Shown: in pieces, positions 47,501 to 60,689 of the stretch
How positions within the stretch are numbered: the first letter of the stretch is position 1
How the letters are laid out: each line of letters begins with the position of its first letter
Assembly: GCA_965240325.2 (NCBI GenBank)
Contig: OZ251223.1
Coordinates: 1,674,001 to 1,738,000, forward strand
DNA: 64,000 nucleotides
Direction of reading: 5' to 3'
Source of the DNA: Rebecca billardiae RCC1528
Lineage: Eukaryota; Protista; Haptophyta
Notes under the pieces: generated by a model
Told to the model about the DNA's origin: nothing
The model's input: only the letters and a program-made list of their open reading frames with translations
Database searches by the model: none
Position numbers and translations under genes: made by a program

Positions 47501-50500
47501 CCGCGCGCACCGAGCGCACGGACGGCCCGGCGACCGACACGGTCGGCGCCGCGTCCGCGCGCGGCGGGCGCTCGACGATATGAAAAGCCGGCTCGGACAC
47601 CGAGCCGAGCATCAGCGAGCGCACGCGCAGCGCGAACGCCAGCCGGTGCGCGCCCGGCGCGAGCGTGCCGAGTGCGCGCAGCTCCACCGCCGCGCCGGCG
47701 TGCTGCGCGCTCAGCAGCGCGTTCAGCGCCGCAGCCTCGGGCGCGGAGACGCCGAGGCTGCGGCTGCGGTCGAGGCGCCACTCGAAGGCGAGCCCCGCCG
47801 CGCCGCCGCCCGACGACGCGGAGCCGTCGAGCGCGAGGTCCGCGTCCGGGCAGCGCGAGAGAGTGCCAGGGCCGGTGAGCGCGGCGCGCGGCGGCGCGCA
47901 GCCAGACGGCCCGGCGCACGGCGCGTCCGCGTCGACGGCGGCGGCGCCGGCGGCGCCGAGCGCGGACGTGTCGCACGGCGGCGCGCAGACGGAGGCGGCT
48001 GGTCGCACCGCGCCCTCGCGCAGCACCAGCGCCGAGCCCGGGCGCAGCGCGGTCCCCGCGCCCAGCTGCACGACCAGCGCCGACGCGTCCGCCCAGAAGC
48101 AGCTCGGCTGCGCGCCGCCGCCGCCGCCGCCGTCGGGAGCGGCAGAGCCGACCAGCGCGAGCGTCGCGTCGTCGAGGACCCGCGTGCACGGGCCGACGGC
48201 CGCGCCCATGCGCGCGCGGTCGGTCGGCTGCGCGTCGAACTGGAGCACCACGGAGGTGGCGCTGGCGTCGAGCGCCGCGCTGAGCAGCCGGGGCGCGTGT
48301 GCGCCGATGAACGTGAAGCTGACCAAGCCCGCCGCCGCGCCGCCCTCCTCCTCCTCCTCCTCCGCGTCCGCTTCCGCCGAGGGCGCGGGCGTGAACTGCT
48401 GACCGTTGAGCGACACGCGCACCGCCACGGGCGCGCCGCTCGCCACGCCGTAGCTCGCGGTCGCGACGACGAGCGTGTCGGTCGCCGAGGCGGGCGGCGG
48501 CGCGAGCGCCTCCCCAAACGCCACGCGCAGCAGCCCGCCGCCGCCCAGCCCCGCGCCGCCGAGCGCGCCAAACCCGACTCCCACGATGGCGGTCGCGTCG
48601 CCCGCGCCGCCCTGCGCCGGCACGATCGAGGTGACGCGCGGCGGCGCGTAGTAGTGGAACTGCACGCCGTCGGCGGTGGTCGTGTGCGCGGTGCCGTTGC
48701 CCAGCGAGAGCTCGAGCGAGACCGGCGTCGTGCCGCCGAGCGCGGGCGCGGGCTCGGAGGCGGGGAGCGGCGGCAGCGTGCAGCGCGCGCGCGTGCTGCC
48801 GTCCGCGCCGGCAGGCAGCATGCTCGCGCGCGCCGCGCAGCCGCCGCCGCCGCCGTCACCACCACTACCCCGCAGCACGCAGCACAGCTGGCCGTCGCCG
48901 TACTCGGCAAAGCCCGACCCCTCGAGCGTCACCACCGTGCCGCCGCCCACCGGCCCCCCCGGCGGGCGCAGCGCGCGCACGCCCACCGCGCCCATCTCGT
49001 ACAGCGAGATTGCGATCTCGTCGTACAGCGGCGGCGCGAGATACGCGCCGCCGTCGAGGCGCAGGCTGACGACGTACCGGCCTGCGGGCAGCGCGGAGCC
49101 GTCGGCCGCCGCGCGGGGCACCGCGCACGCCGCGGCGCGCGCGCTCAGCACGGTGGCGGCCGTGCTCACCTCCACACCGCCCGCGCCGTCCGCGCGCGCA
49201 AACGCGCACGACGCCGGGCCGACGCCGCCAGCGCTCTCGCTGGAACCGCCGCCGCCGCCGCCGCCGTCGGTCGGCCCGATGAAGCCGGCGCCGGCGAGCG
49301 TGAGCGTGGCCTCCGCGCCGAGCGGCGCGCCGAGCGGCTCGGCGCTCTGTACGACGGCGCGGAGGACCGGCGGCGGAGGCGGCGCGGGCGGCGGCGCGGG
49401 CGGCGGCGACGGCGGCGGCGGCGGCGGCGGGCGCGGCGGCGGACTCGGCGGCGGGCTCGGCGGCGGGCGCGGCGGGCTCGGCGGCGGAAATGGCTCTGCG
49501 CGCGGCGGCGGCGGCGGTTCTGGCGGGAGCGAGGGCGGCGGCGGCGACGGCGGTGGCGCCGGTGGTGGCGGGCTGGGTGGCGGCTGCGGAGGCGGCGAGG
49601 GCGGCGGCGATGGTGGCGGCGAGGGTGGCGGGCTCGGTGGCGGGCTTGGCGGTGGCGCGGGCGGCCGAGCTGGCGGCGGCGGGCTCGGCGGCGGCGTGGG
49701 CGGCGGCGAGGGCGGAGGCGAGGGCGGAGGGCTCGGCGGGGGCGCGGGCGGTGGGCTCGGCGGCGGGCTCGGCGGCGGGCTCGGTGGCGGGCTCGGTGGC
49801 GGGGTTGGCGGCGGCGACGGCGGTGGGGACGGTGGCGGCGACGGCGGCGGGGAGGGAGGTGGGACCGGCGGTGGCGAGGGTGGCGGGCTCGGCGGCGGCG
49901 ACGGAGGCGGCGAAGGCGGTGGCAAGGGCGGCGGAGGGCTCGGCGGTGGGCTCGGGGGCGGTGAAGGTGGCGGCGAGGGTGGCGGCGGGCTCGGCGGGGG
50001 ACTCGGCGGCGGCGATGGCGGCGGGCTGGGCGGTGAGCCGGGCGGCGGCGGGCTCGGTGGCGGGCTCGGCGGCGGGCTCGGCGGCGGGACTGGCGGCGGG
50101 CTCGGCGGCGGGCTCGGCGGTGGCGACGGCGGCGGGCTCGGCGGCGGCGAAGGCGGCGGGCTCGGCGGCGGCGAAGGCGGCGGGCTCGGAGGTGGGCTCG
50201 GTGGCGGGCTTGGTGGTGGTGAAGGAGGTGGGCTCGGCGGCGGCGACGGTGGTGGACTTGGCGGCGGCGAAGGTGGCGGGGCCGGCGGCGGCGACGGCGG
50301 CGGCGATGGTGGCGGCAAGGGCGGCGGTGGGCTGGGCGGCGGGCTGGGCGGCGGGCTGGGCGGCGGGCTTGGCGGTGGGCTTGGCGGTGGGCTTGGCGGC
50401 GGAAAAGGCGGCGGAGACGGCGGCGGAGACGGCGGCGGGCTGGGTGGTGGACTTGGCGGCGGGCTCGGCGGTGGGCTCGGCGGCGGCGGGCTCGGCGGCG

Positions 50501-53500
50501 GGCTCGGCGGCGGGCTCGGCGGCGGGCTCGGTGGCGGGGATGGCGGCGGAGATGGCGGTGGCGATGGTGGCGGCGAGGGCGGCGCGCGTGGGGGCGGGCT
50601 TGGCGGCGGTGATGGGGGTGGCGAGGGCGGCGGGCTCGGCGGCGGCGAAGGCGGCGGCGTCGGCGGTGGGCTTGGCGGTGGTGAGGGCGGCGGCGAGGGT
50701 GGCGGGCTCGGCGGCGGAGGACTCGGCGGCGGGCTCGGCGGCGGGCTCGGCGGCGGGCTCGGCGGTGGGCTCGGCGGCGGCGGGCTCGGCGGAGGGCTCG
50801 GCGGCGGCGCTGGCGGCGGGCTTGGCGGCGGCGATGGTGGTGGGCTTGGCGGTGGGCTTGGCGGTGGGCTTGGAGGTGGCGGGTTCGGTGGAGGGCTCGG
50901 CGGTGGGCTCGGCGGCGGCGAGGGCGGTGGACTGGGTGGCGGGCTGGGCGGCGGGCTCGGTGGTGGTGAGGGCGGAGGGGAGGGCGGGGGAGACGGCGGT
51001 GACGAGGGTGGTGGCGACGGCGGTGGCGACGGCGGCGGGAGGGGTGGTGGGGACGGCGGCGGGGATGGCGGCGGGCTCGGTGGTGGTGAGGGCGGTGGGG
51101 ATGGCGGTGGCGAGGGCGGTGGCGAGGGCGGCGGGAATGGCGGCGGTGACGGAGGCGGCGATGGCGGCGGCGAGGGCGGCGGTGATGGTGGGGGCGATGG
51201 GGGCGGCGAGGGCGGCAGACTAGGCGGCGGCGGGCTGGGTGGCGGGCTCGGGGGCGGCGAAGGCGGCGGGCTGGGCGGCGGGCTCGGGGGCGGCGAGGGC
51301 GGCGGCGAGGGTGGCGGCGACGGCGGTGGCAATGGCGGCGGCGGGCTGGGTGGCGGGCTCGGCGGCGGTGAGGGTGGCGGGCTGGGTGGCGGGCTCGGTG
51401 GTGGGCTCGGTGGTGGGCTTGGCGGCGGTGACGGAGGCGGTGAGGGAGGTGGGGGGCTTGGTGGGGGGCTCGGGGGTGGGCTCGGAGGCGGGGACGGCGG
51501 CGGGCTTGGCGGCGGCGAGGGCGGTGGGGACGGCGGCGGGAAGGGCGGAGGTGAGGGCGGTGGGCTCGGCGGCGGTGATGGCGGTGGCGATGGAGGCGGG
51601 CTGGGTGGTGGCGGGCTTGGTGGCGGGCTGGGCGGTGGCGACGGCGGCGGGCTCGGCGGCGGCGAGGGCGGCGGGCTGGGCGGCGGTGACGGCGGCGGCG
51701 AGGGTGGCGGGCTCGGTGGTGGCGGGCTCGGCGGCGGCCTCGGCGGCGGCGAGGGTGGCGGCGATGGCGGCGGGCTGGGTGGCGGCGATGGCGGCGGTGA
51801 TGGCGGCGGTGATGGCGGCGGGCTGGGTGGTGGCGGGCTGGGTGGCGGGCTCGGCGGTGGCGACGGCGGCGGGCTGGGTGGCGGACTGGGCGGCGGCGAG
51901 GGCGGAGGGCTCGGCGGTGGTGATGGTGGCGGCGATGGCGGCGGGCTCGGCGGTGGTGACGGCGGTGGCGACGGAGGCGGGCTCGGAGGCGGTGATGGCG
52001 GCGGCGACGGCGGCGGGCTGGGCGGCGGCGGGCTTGGTGGCGGGCTCGGCGGTGGCGAGGGTGGAGGGCTGGGTGGCGGGCTTGGAGGGGGTGAGGGCGG
52101 AGGGCTCGGCGGCGGGCTTGGTGGCGGGCTCGGCGGCGGGCTCGGTGGCGGTGATGGTGGTGGCGATGGCGGCGGGCTCGGCGGTGGCGATGGCGGTGGC
52201 GATGGCGGTGGGCTGGGCGGCGGTGGGCTTGGTGGCGGGCTCGGCGGTGGCGATGGCGGCGGACTGGGCGGTGGCGACGGTGGCGGCGAGGGCGGCGGAC
52301 TGGGCGGAGGGCTCGGCGGTGGCGATGGCGGCGGCGATGGCGGTGGACTCGGTGGCGGCGACGGGGGTGGCGATGGCGGCGGGCTCGGCGGCGGCGGGCT
52401 TGGTGGCGGGCTGGGCGGCGGCGAGGGCGGCGGGCTGGGCGGTGGGCTTGGCGGTGGCGAGGGCGGTGGGCTTGGCGGCGGGCTGGGTGGGGGTGAGGGT
52501 GGCGGGCTTGGCGGCGGCGAAGGGGGCGGGCTCGGCGGTGGGCTCGGCGGCGGTGATGGCGGTGGCGATGGCGGCGGGCTGGGCGGTGGCGGGCTTGGTG
52601 GTGGGCTCGGCGGCGGCGATGGCGGCGGGCTCGGCGGCGGGCTCGGCGGTGGCGAGGGCGGCAGGCTCGGCGGTGGGGATGGCGGCGGCGAGGGCGGCGG
52701 ACTCGGCGGCGGTGATGGCGGCGGCGATGGCGGCGGGCTCGGCGGCGGCGGGCTTGGTGGCGGGCTGGGCGGCGGCGAGGGCGGCGGGCTGGGCGGTGGG
52801 CTTGGCGGTGGCGAGGGCGGTGGACTCGGCGGCGGGCTGGGTGGGGGTGAGGGTGGCGGGCTCGGCGGCGGCGAAGGTGGCGGGCTCGGCGGTGGGCTCG
52901 GCGGCGGTGATGGCGGTGGCGATGGCGGCGGGCTGGGTGGTGGCGGGCTTGGTGGCGGGCTCGGCGGCGGGCTCGGTGGTGGTTTCGGCGGCGGGCTCGG
53001 TGGTGGCGAGGGCGGCGGGCTCGGTGGTGGGGATGGCGGTGGCGATGGCGGTGGGCTCGGCGGCGGTGACGGCGGTGGCGACGGCGGCGGACTCGGCGGC
53101 GGTGATGGCGGCGGCGATGGCGGCGGGCTCGGCGGCGGCGGGCTTGGTGGCGGGCTCGGCGGTGGCGAGGGCGGCGGGCTGGGCGGTGGGCTTGGCGGTG
53201 GCGAGGGCGGTGGGCTTGGCGGCGGGCTGGGTGGGGGTGAGGGTGGCGGGCTTGGCGGCTGCGAAGGTGGCGGGCTCGGCGGTGGGCTCGGCGGCGGTGA
53301 TGGCGGTGGCGATGGCGGCGGGCTGGGCGGCGGCGGGCTTGGTGGTGGGCTCGGCGGCGGCGACGGCGGCGGCTTCGGCGGTGGCGAGGGCGGCGGCAAG
53401 GGCGGCGGACTGGGCGGAGGGCTCGGTGGCGGGCTCGGCGGTGGGCTCGGCGGCGGTGACGGCGGTGGCGACGGCGGCGGACTCGGCGGCGGTGATGGCG

Positions 53501-56500
53501 GCGGCGATGGCGGCGGCCTCGGCGGCGGCGGGCTTGGTGGCGGGCTGGGCGGTGGCGACGGCGGCGGGCTGGGCGGTGGACTTGGCGGTGGCGAGGGCGG
53601 TGGACTCGGCGGCGGGCTGGGTGGGGGTGAGGGTGGCGGGCTCGGCGGCGGCGAAGGTGGCGGGCTCGGCGGTGGGCTTGGCGGCGGTGATGGCGGTGGC
53701 GATGGCGGCGGGCTGGGCGGCGGCGGGCTTGGTGGCGGGCTGGGTGGTGGCGACGGCGGCGGGCTCGGCGGCGGGCTCGGTGGTGGCGAGGGCGGCGGGC
53801 TCGGTGGTGGGGATGGCGGCGGCGATGGCGGTGGACTCGGTGGAGGTGACGGCGGTAGCGACGGCGGCGGACTCGGTGGCGGTGATGGCGGCGGCGATGG
53901 CGGTGGGCTCGGCGGCGGCGGGCTTGGTGGCGGGCTCGGCGGTGGCGAGGGCGGCGGGCTGGGCGGTGGGCTTGGCGGTGGCGAGGGCGGTGGGCTTGGC
54001 GGCGGGCTGGGTGGGGGTGAGGGTGGCGGGCTTGGCGGCTGCGAAGGTGGCGGGCTCGGCGGTGGGCTCGGTGGCGGTGATGGCGGTGGCGATGGCGGCG
54101 GGCTGGGCGGCGGCGGGCTTGGTGGTGGGCTTGGCGGCGGCGACGGCGGCGGGCTCGGCGGTGGCGAGGGCGGCGGCAAGGGCGGCGGACTGGGCGGAGG
54201 GCTCGGTGGTGGCGAGGGCGGTGGACTCGGTGGCGGTGACGGCGGAGGCGACGGCGGCGGACTCGGCGGCGGTGATGGCGGCGGCGATGGCGGCGGCCTC
54301 GGCGGCGGCGGGCTTGGTGGCGGGCTGGGCGGTGGCGACGGCGGCGGGCTGGGCGGTGGACTTGGCGGTGGCGAGGGCGGTGGACTCGGCGGCGGGCTCG
54401 GCGGCGGCGAGGGCGGCGGGCTCGGCGGCGGGCTCGGCGGCGGGCTTGGCGGGGGCGTGGGCGGTGGCGGGCTGGGCGGTGGGCTTGGCGGCGGCGAGGG
54501 CGGCGGGCTTGGCGGCGGTGAGGGCGGCGGACTTGGTGGAGGCGAGGGCGGTGGCGACGGTGGCGGCGACGGTGGCGGCGGCGAGGGCGGCGGGCTCGGC
54601 GGAGGCGACGGAGGCGGCGATGGCGGCGGGCTGGGTGGCGGTGACGGTGGTGGCGACGGCGGCGGCGAGGGCGGGGGCGAGGGCGGCGGCGGCGACGGCG
54701 GCGGGCTCGGCGGCGGGCTCGGCGGCGGGCTCGGCGGCGGCGAGGGCGGCGGGCTCGGCGGCGGGCTCGGCGGCGGGCTCGGCGGCGGCGATGGTGGCGG
54801 GCTCGGCGGCGGGCTCGGCGGCGGGCTCGGCGGCGGCGATGGTGGCGGGCTCGGCGGCGGGCTCGGTGGCGGGCTGGGCGGGGGCGTGGGCGGTGGCGGG
54901 CTGGGCGGTGGGCTTGGCGGCGGCGAGGGCGGCGGGCTTGGCGGCGGTGAGGGCGGCGGACTTGGTGGAGGCGAGGGCGGTGGCGACGGTGGCGGCGACG
55001 GTGGCGGCGGCGAGGGCGGCGGGCTCGGCGGAGGCGACGGAGGCGGCGATGGCGGCGGGCTGGGTGGCGGTGACGGTGGTGGCGACGGCGGCGGCGAGGG
55101 CGGGGGCGAGGGCGGCGGCGGCGAGGGCGGCGGGCTCGGCGGCGGGCTCGGTGGCGGGCTCGGCGGCGGCGAGGGCGGCGGGCTCGGCGGCGGGCTCGGC
55201 GGCGGGCTCGGCGGCGGCGATGGTGGCGGGCTCGGCGGCGGGCTCGGCGGCGGGCTCGGCGGCGGCGATGGTGGCGGGCTCGGCGGCGGGCTCGGTGGCG
55301 GGCTGGGCGGGGGCGTGGGCGGTGGCGGGCTGGGCGGTGGGCTTGGCGGCGGCGAGGGCGGCGGGCTTGGCGGCGGTGAGGGCGGCGGACTTGGTGGAGG
55401 CGAGGGCGGTGGCGACGGTGGCGGCGAAGGTGGCGGTGGCGAGGGCGGCGGGCTCGGCGGGGGCGACGGAGGCGGCGATGGCGGCGGGCTGGGTGGCGGT
55501 GACGGTGGTGGCGACGGCGGCGGCGAGGGCGGGGGCGAGGGCGGCGGCGGCGAGGGCGGCGGGCTCGGCGGCGGGCTCGGTGGCGGGCTCGGCGGCGGCG
55601 AGGGCGGCGGGCTCGGCGGCGGGCTCGGCGGCGGGCTCGGCGGCGGCGATGGTGGCGGGCTCGGCGGCGGGCTCGGCGGCGGGCTCGGCGGCGGCGATGG
55701 TGGCGGGCTCGGCGGCGGGCTCGGTGGCGGGCTGGGCGGGGGCGTGGGCGGTGGCGGGCTGGGCGGTGGGCTTGGCGGCGGCGAGGGCGGCGGGCTTGGC
55801 GGCGGTGAGGGCGGCGGACTTGGTGGAGGCGAGGGCGGTGGCGACGGTGGCGGCGAAGGTGGCGGTGGCGAGGGCGGCGGGCTCGGCGGGGGCGACGGAG
55901 GCGGCGATGGCGGCGGGCTGGGTGGCGGTGACGGTGGTGGTGACGGCGGCGGCGATGGCGGGGGCAAGGGCGGCGGCGGCGAGGGTGGCGGGCTCGGCGG
56001 CGGGCTCGGCGGCGGGCTCGGCGGCGGCGAGGGCGGCGGGCTCGGCGGCGGGCTCGGCGGGGGCGTGGGCGGTGGCGGGCTGGGCGGTGGGCTTGGCGGC
56101 GGCGAGGGCGGCGGGCTTGGCGGCGGTGAGGGCGGCGGACTTGGTGGAGGCGAGGGCGGTGGCGACGGTGGCGGCGACGGTGGCGGCGGCGAGGGCGGCG
56201 GGCTCGGCGGAGGCGACGGAGGAGGCGATGGCGGCGGGCTGGGTGGCGGTGACGGTGGTGGCGACGGCGGCGGCGAGGGCGGGGGCGAGGGCGGCGGCGG
56301 CGAGGGCGGCGGGCTCGGCGGCGGGCTCGGCGGCGGGCTCGGCGGCGGCGAGGGCGGCGGGCTCGGCGGCGGGCTCGGCGGCGGGCTCGGCGGCGGGCTC
56401 GGCGGCGGCGATGGTGGCGGGCTCGGCGGCGGGCTCGGTGGCGGGCTGGGCGGGGGCGTGGGCGGTGGCGGGCTGGGCGGTGGGCTTGGCGGCGGCGAGG

Positions 56501-59500
56501 GCGGCGGGCTTGGCGGCGGTGAGGGCGGCGGACTTGGTGGAGGCGAGGGCGGTGGCGACGGTGGCGGCGAAGGTGGCGGTGGCGAGGGCGGCGGGCTCGG
56601 CGGAGGCGACGGAGGCGGCGATGGCGGCGGGCTGGGTGGCGGTGACGGTGGTGGCGACGGCGGCGGCGAGGGCGGGGGCGAGGGCGGCGGCGGCGAGGGC
56701 GGCGGGCTCGGGGGCGCCGAGGGCGGCGGGCTCGGCGGCGGCGATGGTGGCGGGCTCGGCGGCGGGCTCGGTGGCGGGCTTGGCGGGGGCGTTGGCGGTG
56801 GCGGGCTGGGCGGTGGGCTTGGCGGCGGCGAGGGCGGCGGGCTTGGCGGCGGTGAGGGCGGCGGACTTGGTGGAGGCGAGGGCGGTGGCGACGGTGGCGG
56901 CGACGGTGGCGGCGGCGAGGGCGGCGGGCTCGGCGGAGGCGACGGAGGCGGCGATGGCGGCGGGCTGGGTGGCGGTGACGGTGATGGCGACGGCGGCGGC
57001 GAGGGCGGGGGCGAGGGCGGCGGCGGCGAGGGCGGCGGGCTCGGGGGCGCCGAAGGCGGCGGGCTCGGCGGCGGCGAGGGCGGCGGGCTCGGCGGCGGGC
57101 TCGGCGGCGGGCTCGGCGGCGGCGATGGTGGCGGGCTCGGCGGCGGGCTCGGCGACGGTGGGCTTGGCGGCGGGCTTGGAGGTGGCGATGGCGGCGGTGA
57201 TGGAGGTGGTGAAGGCGGCGGGCTCGGCGGCGGTGAGGGCGGCGGGCTCGGCGGCTGGCTCGGCGGGGGCGGGCTGGGCGGCGGGCTTGGTGGCGGCGAT
57301 GGCGGCGGTGATGGCGGGGGCGAAGGTGGTGGCGAGGGTGGCGGTGATGGTGGTGGCGAGGGCGGAGGAGGCGACGGGGGCGGCGACGGCGGTGGGCGTG
57401 GCGGCGGCGGGCTCGGTGGCGGCGAGGGTAGCGGGCTCGGCGGCTGCCTCGGCGGGGGCGGGCTGGGCGGCGGGCTCGGTGGCGATGATGGTGGCGAGGG
57501 CGGAGGGCTGGGCGGTGGTGAGGGCGGCGGCAAGGGCGGCGACGAGGGCGGCGGCGAAGGCGGAGGAGGCGAGGGTGGCGGCGCGGGCGGCGAGGGCGGC
57601 GGCGAAGAGGGTGGAGGCGAGGGGGGCGGGGAGGGAGGCCAGGGCGGTGGGCTTGGCGGCGGCGGGCTCGGAGGCGGCGAGGGCGGCGGACTCGGCGGCG
57701 GATTCGGGGGCAGGATTCCGAGCGCGGGCAGCGCGTCGCCCATGGAGCCGGGTGCGTCGCCGATATTGGCGGTGCTCCCCGAGCCCAGCTGCCCGATGAC
57801 GCCTTGGCCCCAGCTGCGCGCGCCACGGGGTCGGACGATGCGGGGGGCATGCCGGTGAGGCGTTGCGCAACGCGCGCACAATGCGCGCACAGCACGCGCG
57901 CTGCCGCTGCCGCTGCACGCGCAGCCCATGCCGCGGCCGCGGGCTAGCCCGCCCGCCGCGCATCGCAGCCCGCTCTCGCGAGCCGTGCGCGCGCACTGCC
58001 GCCCTGCGCCCCGCTCCGCCCGCCACCTGCCCCCCCGCACAGCGCGCGTGCCGGGCGCGCGCCGCGTGCGCTGATGCACACCACTTGACCGTGTCGTCGT
58101 CGAGCAGCACACACGCAAAGTAGTGCACCGTGTCGAAGGTGGCGACGGTGCGCCCTGTGCCCAGCGGGATGGTGGGCAGCGAGCTGCCCATCTCGCCCGC
58201 GCCGTCCCCACGGGAGCTCGTGTCCTCGTACCCCAGCTGCCCGACGTTGTTGCCGCCCCAGCTGCAGGCGGGAGCGCGCGGTGTGCGGCGCAGCGCGGCG
58301 CGGCGCGGCGGGAAGGGCGGCGGCCGCGAACGGCTCGGCGCTTGGTGGCGGAGGCCCACCGAGGGGCCGCGCCCGCGGCGTGCGCATGCGCGCAAGCCGC
58401 GCGCGCGCACCACTTCATAGCGCCGGTGCTGAGCCGCGCGCACGTGCTGATCATGCCGGGCAGCACCTCGAGCGCGCTGGCGCCCACGCCCAGCTCGATG
58501 TTGGGCAGCGCATCGCCCATCCCTGAGGACACGCCACGGTCGAGCGTGTCGCCATACCCGAGCCGGCCGTCGGCGCCTTCGCCCCAGCACTTGATTTTCC
58601 CGCCCGTGTGCAGCACGCACGTGTGGAACTCGCTCATGCTCACGTCGAGCAGATCCGCCGCCGCCACGCCCACGTCGACGAACGGCAGCCCGTCGCCCAT
58701 CTCGGCGGAGGTGCCGCCGCGGTTGAGCGCGTCGTTGTACCCGAGCTGCCCAAAGTCGTTGCGGCCCCAGCTGCGCGCGGTGGCGGGGCGGAGGGCGGGG
58801 CGGAGGGCGTGGCGGGCGGGGCGGGCGGAGCCGCGTGGGCGCGCGGCGCTGGCGAGCGCGCCGCGCGCCGCCCAGCACGCCAGCGCGCCGCGGTGCCGCG
58901 CACGCTCGGCGGCGCACTCGGCGGCGCGCGCGGAGGCGTGCATGCGCGCATGCGCACGCGCACCACTTGAGGCCCTCGGCAAGCACCACACACACGTGAT
59001 AGAAGCCCGCGTTCAGCTTGAGCACGGTGTGCGGCGCAGCGTTGGGGTTGGGCTGCGTGAGGCCGAGGTCGATGTACGGCAGCGCGTCGCCCATCTGCGA
59101 GCTGAGCTCGCCGCGGCTGAGCGCATCGCCGTACCCCAGGTTGTCCAGGTCGTTCTTGCCAAAGCACTTGAGCCGGTTGGTCTGCTCGATCACCGCGCAC
59201 GTCTGCCGCCTGCCGCAGCTGATCGTCTTGGGGGTGAGGCCCGCGCCGAGGTCGGCCGCGACCATCGCGTTGCCCATCTCGCCGGGCACGTCGCCGATGT
59301 GATTCGTGGAGCCAGTACCGAGGCGCCCGTTCCCGCCATCGCCCCAGCTGCGGGCGGGCAGCCGAGCGCACGACGCGCGTGCACGCGCGGGCAGGGGAAG
59401 GCGGGCGACGGCGGGCGACGGGTGCGAGGCGCCAGGTCAGCGGCGGCGCATCGCGGCAGGTGGGCCGGTGCCTCGCGCGGTGCGCGGGCCGCGCACCATC

Positions 59501-59930
59501 GGAGCGTGTTGTCCGAGAGGATGGCGCAGTTGTGGTAGCCGCCGCACGAGATCGCCGTGGCGGTGAGGCCGGTCGGGAACTCGATGTACGGCAGCGCTAC
59601 GCCGAGCTCGTTCGCGTTGTCACCGCGCGCGACCTGGTCCCCGTACCCAAGCTGCCACGTCCCCTGGCCCCAGCACTTCACCTTGCCGGAGGCAGTGAGT
59701 ATGCACGCATGGTACAAGCCCACGTCCACGTCTGTGATGGTTTCCGCGCTCGCCATCGCCGGCCCGAGGTGAGCCGCAGAACTGGCGGGCGGGCCCGGGT
59801 CGAGGATCCCCATTCGAGTGAGAAGACACCAGGGCGTATGATCCGTGCGCATCGCCGCCAGCAAGACGAGCGTCGAGACGACTCGCCGCGCTGGCGAGTA
59901 GGGGGTGCTCATGGCCCTCGCCATGGACAT
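41535..59930 (-). CDS. Giant (~5,880 aa) polycystin-1/adhesion-like membrane protein: RCC1/BLIP-II repeats, (SPPP)n stalk, IPT/TIG-like, PKD/REJ-like, EGF, GPS, TM segments, EF-hand pair; exons 59930-59497, 59347-58964, 58770-58411, 58261-58082, 57813-41535
   Basis: KCWG...GQLGYGD repeats. ~8.3 kb Ser-Pro3 repeat. PPHGGALTVSP..G.ALVT.Y.L.AAGW..DELPLSYAF (REJ-like). GPS CHWWD...W...GC...CACTHLTDFA. DSTGDGRVD / DLDADLRVD EF-hand-like loops. Exon lengths sum to 17,637 nt, a multiple of 3. The exact 5' start is uncertain. Confidence 0.85.
49370..57712 (-). repeat. Coding extensin-like (SPPP)n array with higher-order 429-bp and 780-bp units
   Basis: 12/15-bp base units. Marker codons recur at 54457/54886/55315/55744 (429 bp) and 53260/54040 (780 bp). 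Confidence 0.95.
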
Positions 59931-60689
59931 TGGGCGCTCACTTGCGATCAACACTGACGATTTCGTCGGACGAGATTTGATGATGCGCGCGCGCGATTCC
60001 GACACGTACGTCTACCCGTCTCGGACCGGCTCTCGCTCGTGACGAATGTAAAAATAGACTAATTCTATGATTTAAAGACACAAGCTAACGGTCTTTAAGC
60101 CCGTACGGTTTGGTTGAACATGAGCTATTCTGAACATTCTGAAACTCCGTTTTCCTTCCCACGAGGTTCGCCGTGACAACGATGGAGTCGCTACTGCAGC
60201 CATACATGCAGGCCAAGCATGCGCGGGGGGTGGCATCAGTGCCGGCCCCGGCCCGCAAGCGCAAACAGCCGGACGCCCCGGCCCACGCAGCTGGTGCGCC
60301 AGCAAACCCTGCTCCGGGCAACAGAACCCTGCCGCCGGCTTTGAGGCCGACACGCCACACTGGGGCACATATCACCTGAGGGCCAGGCCTTCTGTGTGAT
60401 AAGCTACCCCAGTCGTGCCGCTTGATACACGCCTTCCCCAACCGACAGTGGGGCTCTACATTCCTTACTACATCCTCATCCTGTCGGCGCGCTGTCGCAT
60501 CGGCGCCCAGTCGGCGAGTTCGGACGACGACGTTTTGTGGACGACGGTGGGGCGAGGACGACGGGCGCTGGCGCGCCGCGAGGCGGCCGCAGCCCTCATC
60601 CAGGCCTCGCAGGCGGACGGCTGAACGAATTTTCCCGGCGGCGCTACCATCGACGACGGCTTCATGGGCGGTGACAGTTGGCGGGCGTC

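Noticed and set aside
48676-57858. 3060-aa Gly-rich ORF (+) and other 2,000-2,900-aa ORFs over the array
   Set aside because: These are antisense or alternative frames of the SPPP repeat. Only the minus frame is continuous with the RCC1 and REJ/GPS domains.
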